NCBI GenBank assembly: GCA_052143275.1
Contig: JBKQTH010000034.1
Span: 1-55,306 of the forward strand
Direction of reading: 5' to 3'
Origin: Ktedonobacterales bacterium
GTDB lineage: Bacteria > Chloroflexota > Ktedonobacteria > Ktedonobacterales > JADMIN01
DNA length: 55,306 nucleotides
Below the pieces are notes generated by a model. It worked only from the letters and a program-made list of their open reading frames with translations, made no database searches and was not told the DNA's origin. This document shows, one piece after another, positions 48,846-55,306 of this stretch; the first letter of the stretch is position 1, and each line of letters begins with the position of its first letter. A program made the position numbers and the translations under genes.

Positions 48846-49385
48846 ATGGTGACCACACTCGGCGACCTCCGACACGAGAATAAGGTACGCGCCAGTACGA
48901 TGTCTATGCAGACTCCACGCAAACCGACGCTCACGCGTCCCGACGATGCCGACCTGCGATTGCCGCACGAAGTTGTTGGCCTGTTCGTCGCCCAGGCGCT
49001 TGATTGGGACACAACACGAATTGTCGAGGCCTTCACCATAGCACTCAAGCAGGCGAGCGGGCAAGGACAGCGTACGCGGATCGACGGGAGCGAGGCCAAA
49101 GTCGACCCGTCTAGCGATCCTACTGGCAAACAGGCGCAGAACGTTCCGGCTCCGGAACAGGAGCAGCTCGCGCCCGGTGGTGCACCAGACGGTGGGCAGG
49201 CTCCCACCGATTCACCTGATCGCTTGGCTGCGCAGGATTTCCTCACCGAGCAGTTTGCGCAATCACATGATGAAGGTCACACACCGGCTATTGCCGAGGT
49301 GAGACAGCAGTTTATTACGCTGGGAGAGCTCGTGCTCGAGGCCATAGGCGCAGTGGACCGAAGCGGAGGCGAGGCCGTCAGCTGA
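48846..49385 (+). CDS. Hypothetical protein
   Basis: AAAGGAG RBS, 179 aa ORF, no family recognised. Confidence 0.65.
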   Translation: MVTTLGDLRHENKVRASTMSMQTPRKPTLTRPDDADLRLPHEVVGLFVAQALDWDTTRIVEAFTIALKQASGQGQRTRIDGSEAKVDPSSDPTGKQAQNVPAPEQEQLAPGGAPDGGQAPTDSPDRLAAQDFLTEQFAQSHDEGHTPAIAEVRQQFITLGELVLEAIGAVDRSGGEAVS

Positions 49386-49594
49386 CGGTAGCCTTTCGCA
49401 GGCTACCAGGCGGCTGGCGACCAGGTATCGCTGGGGGCCAGCCGCCTCGGACTGGGCTGCTACGCTTCGGACTCAGCATTCTCGTGTGATATCGCCACCT
49501 CCTCCACCGGGGGAATGGCTAGTCGTCTGCGAAAGGAGCGGGCGTTTCCTCTTCAGGCCCGCATCCGGGCCAAAGGTTGTACGCCCATCACACT

Positions 49595-50020
49595 ATGAAA
49601 CCCAATGACCATGGATCCCGAAGGCCGATTTCCATTAGCAACCTCCGAGCGTCGGCACATACGCTGGCCGCGGCGGCGCGTCCCGCGGATCTGACTCTGA
49701 TCTCTCCCAAGGAAGCGCTTGGCCAACTCATTCAGCTGGAGGCATTCGCGCGAAAATATTTTGGCCAGCTCGTGGTGCTGAATTGGTGTGAGCATCCGGC
49801 CTCGCAGTGCGTGAGCGCAGAAACGGTGCAGGCTCTTCGCTCGGTGCTGGGGGTCCGGACTTTTGATGCACAGCATCTTGCGCTGTCCCCACGTGATCCG
49901 TTCGCATTGCTCGAGTGCTACGTTGACGGCTCGGTTATGGATCAGGTTGAAGTGCAGCCGTCAGCACGCGGCCTCGCGCTGGTGGAGGCATTGCTGACCG
50001 GTGAGGATGTCTCCTATTGA
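49595..50020 (+). CDS. Hypothetical protein
   Basis: 141 aa ORF from ATG 49595, protein-like composition, no family recognised. Confidence 0.55.
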   Translation: MKPNDHGSRRPISISNLRASAHTLAAAARPADLTLISPKEALGQLIQLEAFARKYFGQLVVLNWCEHPASQCVSAETVQALRSVLGVRTFDAQHLALSPRDPFALLECYVDGSVMDQVEVQPSARGLALVEALLTGEDVSY

Positions 50021-50164
50021 CACGGCAGCAGCATGTGCCGCTTGCTCTCTAGAGAATTCCAGCTCGTGGCTCGCCACGGCGGTCCCAATGGCATCTTGGT
50101 TGTTAATGGGCCAGAGTCCGCCGGCTAGGCTGAAGAGACATATTTTGAAGAAGAGATATACTTT

Positions 50165-50974
50165 ATGTTTGGGAATAATGCACAAGGCATACTGTGGGAT
50201 GTCGATGACTTACACGCTGGCAAATACCCTTCTTCTACATCCGACCGACACGTACGGCGACGGAGACAGTTGAAGAACAGTTGCGGCGGCTCCACAGTGA
50301 TGGGTACCGTCGCCTATATTGGATTGGTAGGTGTGGAGCCATCTTTTCAGCGGCGAGGAGTGGCGAGCTACCTCATGAGCCAGCTCCTCGAGTGGAGTTA
50401 TAGCCGGGGCTGCACAACAGTGCTGCTCGACGCCTCCGATGCCGGTGAACCACTTTATCGCAGGCTTGGTTTCGTGACGGAAGACACAGTGGGCGTCTGG
50501 ACTGCCTCACCGCCTCAACTCCCACTGCTGCCGGTTAGGTATACGGGGATAGTTCAGGTCGCAGACCACGGAGATCAGAAGGCTGTGGGAGACGCCGATG
50601 CCCGCTGGACGGGCATGCCTCGCCGTCGTATCATCCAGATGTTCGCCGCCGACCGACCTGATCGAGTCCTGGTAGCGCGTCTGCCGGCGGGAGAGCTGGA
50701 AGGCTATCTTATAGCGCAGCCACAAATGATTGGCCCCTGGCTGGCTACGTCTTCTGAAGCAGCCGAGGCTCTTCTGCATCAAGGATTACCCCTGGCCGGT
50801 AACCTTGCGGCAGTCACGGTCTACGCGCCATCCGCAAATCAGGCGGCCACCGATATCTTGCTGCGCTATGGATTTACCCGTTCACGTTTCCTGGCACATA
50901 TGCGGTTAGGTATCCCGCTTGACGCCGATCGGCGCCAACGGATCTACGGACAGATCAATCTCGCGCTGGGATAA
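50165..50974 (+). pseudogene. GNAT acetyltransferase with degenerate or frameshifted 5' end
   Basis: AYIGLVGVEPSFQRRGVASYL, LDASDAGEPLYRRLGF, IGPWLA; the first ~40 in-frame codons do not look GNAT-like. Confidence 0.65.
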
Positions 50975-51335
50975 ACAACCGGTGGCTGTTGGAGGTAGCG
51001 CCTCTCTGCCGGTCCGTCGTAGTCGCCCGGACACGGGCCATCCGTCGGAAGGCGGGTGTTGTCTTGGGGAGCTGGCAGATCAACTGCTGGGATGATCCAG
51101 AGAGACCCGCGAGGGTGGAGCCGTACTGCCAGAGTCTCCAAGAAGCTCATCCCCTTTGAGGGGATTGAGAGTGTCACCGGCATGACTTTTTCCTTTTGAG
51201 AAATTAGGAAGCTACCAGTACCTCCCGGTATATTCACATTCTCGGTTATGTGCTACATGGGTGCGTTTGCCGAAGCAACATTATTGTCGGCGGCTTCCGA
51301 GAGTAGTCATCCCGGTCGGAGCCTCCCCTTCAGCT

Positions 51336-51375
51336 GTCCTGCACAGTCCTGCACAGTCCTGCACAGTCCTGCACG
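51336..51375. repeat. 10-bp tandem repeat x4
   Basis: GTCCTGCACA x3 + GTCCTGCACG. Confidence 0.9.
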
Positions 51376-51381
51376 GCAGCC

Positions 51382-51410
51382 TTGACACATCAACGTGAGC
51401 TAGGTAAACT
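51382..51410 (+). promoter_or_regulatory. Sigma70-type host promoter upstream of IS insertion
   Basis: TTGACA-17 nt-TAAACT. Confidence 0.6.
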
Positions 51411-51535
51411 CTCTGCAATCACTCAAGGAAGGAGGTTGTGTTTTATTCATTTCTGATTTCTTGCTTACTCGTAGGGTTATAATTCGGTCTCACGGAGTAT
51501 GGACAAGTCTCCCCTTTTGTACCCGTACCTTCTCC

Positions 51536-51570
51536 TTGACAGCAGCGGACGGATAGAGTACACTTGTTCG
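51536..51570 (+). promoter_or_regulatory. tnpB promoter with overlapping LexA-like box
   Basis: TTGACA-17 nt-TACACT; GTAC-ACTT-GTTC at 51558-51569. Confidence 0.6.
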
Positions 51571-51645
51571 AGCAACCGAGTGGTGAGACCTTCGCTCCCC
51601 TGGTGGCCGCCGATAGGATGTTGGGGCGGGTGAGGAGATTTGGGA

Positions 51646-52830
51646 ATGCTGGTGAGACGGGCCTACAAAACCGAACTGGCGTTGAACGACCGGCAAGTCA
51701 CCGCCTGCCGCCAACATGCCGGCGCCGCTCGCTGGGCCTACAACTGGGGGCTGCAGGTCAAGCAGGAACGGTATCGGGCCACCAGGAAAAGCCCCACCGC
51801 AGTGGACCTGCACCGCGAGCTCAACCTCCTCAAGAAAACCGCTGTCCCCTGGATGTATGACGTCTCCAAATGCGCCCCACAGGAAGCGCTCCGGAACCTT
51901 GATACCGCCTTTGCCAACTTCTTCCGCCGGTGCGCGCTTAAGAAGCAAGGCAAGTGGAAGGGCAAGCTCGGCTATCCTCGGTTCAAAACCAAGAAGAAAG
52001 GACTGGGGAGCTTCCGGCTCACCGGCTCCATTGTGATCGTGTCCGATGCGGTGGTGCTGCCTCGTCTGGGCCGGTTGCGACTCCAAGAGCGGGACTATTT
52101 GCCGACCGGTGGGGTGAAGGTGCTCTGTGCCACGGTGAGTGAGCAAGCGGGGCACTGGTATGTGAGTCTGCAGGTGGAGCACGAGCAGGCGATACCCGAG
52201 AACGCTGGCCCGGTGGTCGGGGTCGATCTCGGCATCATGCATCTAGCTACGCTCTCCGATGGCGAGGTCATCCCCAATCCACGCCACCTGAAACGACGCT
52301 TGAAGAAGCTCAAGCGCCTGCAGCGGGTGGTGAGTCGCCGGAAGCAAGGTGGGAAGAACCGCACGAAAGCCGTCCGTAAGCTCGCGAGACTCCATCGCCG
52401 TATCAAGAACCAACGACAGAATACGCTGCATCAGGTCACGACCAGGCTGGCGAAAACCAAGTCCGTGCTGGTGATCGAAGACCTGAACGTCAGCGGGATG
52501 CTCAAGAACCACCATCTGGCGCAAGCCATCGGCGATGTGGGGTTCTACGAATTCAAGCGGCAGTTGCTCTACAAAGCGAGCTGGTATGGTGCTCGGGTGA
52601 TCCTCGCTGACCGGTGGGAGCCCTCGAGCAAGACGTGCAGCGGCTGCGGGTGGATCGATGACGATCTGACTCTTGCGACCCGGGTCTTTCACTGTGAGCA
52701 GTGCAGCCTGGTGCTCGATCGAGATTTGAATGCCGCTATGAATTTAGTCAAACTGGCCGGGAGTTGCTCGGACAGTATAAACGCTCGGTGCGAGCCGCCG
52801 GCTCTGGCGCGAAGCAGACGCCTCGCGTGA
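51646..52830 (+). CDS. tnpB: RNA-guided endonuclease TnpB
   Basis: RAYKTEL, ARWAYNWGL, GYPRFK; RuvC I GVDLG, II VIEDL, III DRDLNAAMN; CSGC/CEQC zinc finger; ATG after GAGGAG. Confidence 0.96.
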   Translation: MLVRRAYKTELALNDRQVTACRQHAGAARWAYNWGLQVKQERYRATRKSPTAVDLHRELNLLKKTAVPWMYDVSKCAPQEALRNLDTAFANFFRRCALKKQGKWKGKLGYPRFKTKKKGLGSFRLTGSIVIVSDAVVLPRLGRLRLQERDYLPTGGVKVLCATVSEQAGHWYVSLQVEHEQAIPENAGPVVGVDLGIMHLATLSDGEVIPNPRHLKRRLKKLKRLQRVVSRRKQGGKNRTKAVRKLARLHRRIKNQRQNTLHQVTTRLAKTKSVLVIEDLNVSGMLKNHHLAQAIGDVGFYEFKRQLLYKASWYGARVILADRWEPSSKTCSGCGWIDDDLTLATRVFHCEQCSLVLDRDLNAAMNLVKLAGSCSDSINARCEPPALARSRRLA

Positions 52831-52920
52831 AACTGGCGGCGCTGAAGCAGGAACCAAACGCCAGCAGTGGCTTGTCCATTCTTGGGTAAGTTTTGGAGAA
52901 CGGAATTGTCGTTTCTTAGC
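52750..52920 (+). ncRNA. Putative TnpB omega-RNA (reRNA) scaffold plus guide
   Basis: Overlaps the tnpB 3' end, contains GTGAAACTG...TGAAGCAGGAA, ends GAGAACGG; guide would be flanking DNA from 52904; boundaries approximate. Confidence 0.6.
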
Positions 52921-53001
52921 GAGAGCGCTTGCACTGCCGCAAGTTCTGTCGGAACCAAAAAGGTTGTGTACAGCTATTACGAAGGAATGTGGTGACTACC
53001 G

Positions 53002-55306
53002 ATGAAGAAACGTTTCAATCGACGACGATTTTTGGAACTATCTGCTGGAGCAACGGTCGCTGCAGCTGGGGCAACGGTTGCTGCGGGCAGACTTGGAAGC
53101 CTCACCGTTCATGCGGAGACCCTTCTCTCCACCTCGATTACGCTCAATGGAAGCGGTGCTGGACGTACATTCAATGGGATAGGCGCTATCAGCGGCGGTG
53201 GGGGTAACTCCCGCCTTTTGATTAACTATCCCGAACCCTACCAGTCGCAGATCCTGGATTATCTGTTTAAACCGAACTACGGAGCCAACCTGCAGATCTT
53301 AAAGGTGGAGGTCGGCGGAGACACCAACTCCACTGATGGCTCTGAACCCAGTTTTATGCATACTGCCACCGACCAGAATTACAATCGCGGTTACGAGTGG
53401 TGGTTGATGGAACAGGCCAAGGCCCGCAATCCTTCCATCGAGCTCTATGGCCTCGCCTGGGGGGCGCCGGGTTGGATCGGCACGACTGGCGCTCCGGTTT
53501 GGGACAGCAGCAATCCTATCTGGTCTCAGGACATGGTCAACTACTACATTGCCTGGATTACCGGCGCCAGCTCCCAGCATGGCCTCACCATCAATTATAT
53601 CGGCGGGTGGAACGAGCGTGGCTACAACGAACAGTTCTATGAGGCTCTCCATAGCGCGATCGCGTCGAATGGGCTCTCGACTAAAGTTGTCGGCGCCGAC
53701 TCGGACTGGAGTGTGGCCGACGCCATGGTCAGCACTCCCACGTTCAATGCCTCCATCGACATCGTGGGGGTGCACTATCCCTGCACCGGCGGAGATGGCG
53801 GCAGCGCCACCTCGTGTCCAAGCACCTCGAACGCGGAAAGCCTGGGCAAGCCTTTGTGGGCCAGTGAGAACGGCTCGCAGGATGAGAACAGTGGAGCCAT
53901 CGCCATGGCGCGCGCGATCAATCGCGGGTATATCGATGGTGAGATGACGGCTTTCATCAACTGGCCGCTGATTGCGGCGATCTATCCCAATCTTCCCTAC
54001 GACACCTGTGGGCTTATGGTGGCTAGTGAACCCTGGTCCGGCAACTACAGCGTGGGCAAGCAAACCTGGGTGACCGCGCACACGACGCAGTTTACCCAGC
54101 CGGGCTGGCAGTATATCGCGAGCGCCTGCGGCTATCTCGGCTCTAGCTCCGCCAACGGCAGCTACGTGACACTCAAATCCACCAATGGCAGCGATTACAG
54201 CGTCATCATCGAGACAGTGGACGCTACCGCCAGCCAGACGGCGAGCTTCCAGGTGAGCAATGGTCTCTCGACCGGCACCGTCTACGTTTGGGCTACGAAT
54301 CTCAATTCCAGCAGCTCCAGCTCGTATTTCGTGCAGCAGTCGAGTATTATCCCATCAGGTGGCGCGTACTCGCTCACCCTGCAGCCGGGCTATATCTACA
54401 CCCTCTCGACCACAACCGGGCAGGGAAAGGGAACTGTTATCGGGCCTCCTCGCACAGCGATGAGCCTTCCCTACTCCGACAACTTCGAGAGCTACACGAT
54501 TGGCCAAGAGGCGCTCTACTTCTCCGACCAGAATGGCGCCTTTGAAATCGTGGCCGCCGGCGGTGGGCGGAGCGGCCAGGTTATGCGCCAGATGGCTCCT
54601 ATCGCCCCCCATAACTGGGATAATCCAAGCGATCCCTACACGCTGCTCGGCGATCTCGCCTGGAGCAACTACACTGTGACCTGCGATGTCCTGCTGGAGC
54701 AATCCGGCTATGTCGAGATCCTGGGGCGCGTAGGCACGCAGGAGGGCTTCTCGCCCGCCAACATCAATGCGTACTACTTCCGGGTCACCAATGGCGGCGC
54801 CTGGAGCATTCTGAAAAATACCAGCGGCGGCACCGTCACGACGCTGAATTCCGGCAGCGTCTCCGCTCTGGGGACCAATACCTGGCATACGCTCTCGCTG
54901 CAGTTTCAGGGCAGCTCAATCACCGCGGGGATCAATGGCACGACCGTGGGAACTGCGACGGACTCCAGCTATAGCGCCGGCCAGGTGGGAGTCGGCGTCA
55001 GCGGTTGGCAGAACGCCCAGTATGACAATTTCAGCGTGACAACGACCGGGGAAGCCAATCCGGGAACCTACTATAATCTGGTCAATGTGAACAGTGGCCT
55101 GGTGCTGGATGTCTCGGGCAGTTCTACCGCTGCCGGTGGGCTCATTGTTCAGTCCACGAGTAGCGGCGCAACCAGCCAGCAGTGGCAACTGGTGCCGGCA
55201 GGCAATGGCTACTTCACCCTCGTCAACGCGCATAGCTGCCTGGTGCTCGACGTGCCGGGCAAGACCACTTCCGAGGGGGTGCAGCTCGATCAATGGACGA
55301 GCAATG
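53002..55306 (+). CDS. Tat-exported GH59 galactosylceramidase-like glycoside hydrolase with ricin-B lectin domain (3' partial)
   Basis: Manual translation: MKKRFNRRRFL; GIGAISGGGGNSRLL, LQILKVEVGGDTNSTDGSEPS, GGWNER, LWASEN; LVNVNSGLVLDV...QQW. Confidence 0.92.
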   Translation, partial: MKKRFNRRRFLELSAGATVAAAGATVAAGRLGSLTVHAETLLSTSITLNGSGAGRTFNGIGAISGGGGNSRLLINYPEPYQSQILDYLFKPNYGANLQILKVEVGGDTNSTDGSEPSFMHTATDQNYNRGYEWWLMEQAKARNPSIELYGLAWGAPGWIGTTGAPVWDSSNPIWSQDMVNYYIAWITGASSQHGLTINYIGGWNERGYNEQFYEALHSAIASNGLSTKVVGADSDWSVADAMVSTPTFNASIDIVGVHYPCTGGDGGSATSCPSTSNAESLGKPLWASENGSQDENSGAIAMARAINRGYIDGEMTAFINWPLIAAIYPNLPYDTCGLMVASEPWSGNYSVGKQTWVTAHTTQFTQPGWQYIASACGYLGSSSANGSYVTLKSTNGSDYSVIIETVDATASQTASFQVSNGLSTGTVYVWATNLNSSSSSSYFVQQSSIIPSGGAYSLTLQPGYIYTLSTTTGQGKGTVIGPPRTAMSLPYSDNFESYTIGQEALYFSDQNGAFEIVAAGGGRSGQVMRQMAPIAPHNWDNPSDPYTLLGDLAWSNYTVTCDVLLEQSGYVEILGRVGTQEGFSPANINAYYFRVTNGGAWSILKNTSGGTVTTLNSGSVSALGTNTWHTLSLQFQGSSITAGINGTTVGTATDSSYSAGQVGVGVSGWQNAQYDNFSVTTTGEANPGTYYNLVNVNSGLVLDVSGSSTAAGGLIVQSTSSGATSQQWQLVPAGNGYFTLVNAHSCLVLDVPGKTTSEGVQLDQWTSN

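Larger units (their letters stand above)
51475..52903 (+). mobile_element. Non-autonomous IS607-like (IS200/IS605 superfamily) tnpB-only element
   Basis: tnpB with no tnpA; GG at both inferred ends; sub-terminal imperfect inverted repeats at 51495-51509 and 52869-52883, each 20 nt from the GG. Confidence 0.7.

Noticed and set aside
49019-49026. Match to the TnpB guide seed (AATTGTCG)
   Set aside because: Only 8 nt and no G-rich TAM upstream; expected by chance.
51098-51126. T-box or glycine riboswitch-like words (CAGAGAG...GGGTGGAGCCG)
   Set aside because: Consensus is incomplete, there is no terminator, and no matching downstream gene.
51336-51375. Possible CRISPR array (also 22248-22281 and 39149-39211)
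   Set aside because: Short abutting repeats with no spacers, and no cas genes.
51475-51645. IStron (group I intron-IS fusion)
   Set aside because: Only ~170 nt precede tnpB and no group I core motifs were recognised.
53299-55293. Minus-strand ORFs 53299-54081, 54355-54888 and 54916-55293
   Set aside because: Antisense shadows of the GH59 gene.

Overview
GC-rich bacterial chromosomal segment, most likely Chloroflexota (Ktedonobacterales-like; inferred from gene content, not database-checked). About 48 kb is housekeeping and signalling genes: histidine kinase (partial), FSA/transaldolase, acyl-CoA dehydrogenase, nusA-ylxR, ECF sigma/anti-sigma, CCA-adding enzyme, ECF transporter, holA, holB, rny, apt, HADs, PHP proteins, MFS, ABC-2 exporter and a Ser/Thr kinase. 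The last ~7 kb is accessory. It holds a small wHTH/orphan-ORF islet with back-to-back promoters and hairpin-dense spacers, a 5'-degenerate GNAT, a solo IS607-like tnpB element (intact RuvC triad, inferable ends and omega-RNA, LexA-like box over its -10), and a partial Tat-exported GH59 with a ricin-B domain. The best candidates for undescribed systems are: (i) a possibly SOS-controlled non-autonomous TnpB element inserted in the GH59 leader; (ii) an atypical sigma factor + small partner + XRE-HTH/class III nucleotide cyclase cluster; (iii) a membrane-anchored stand-alone TIR protein; (iv) several structured non-coding regions. No rRNA, tRNA or CRISPR array was recognised. All family calls come from motif recognition by eye.
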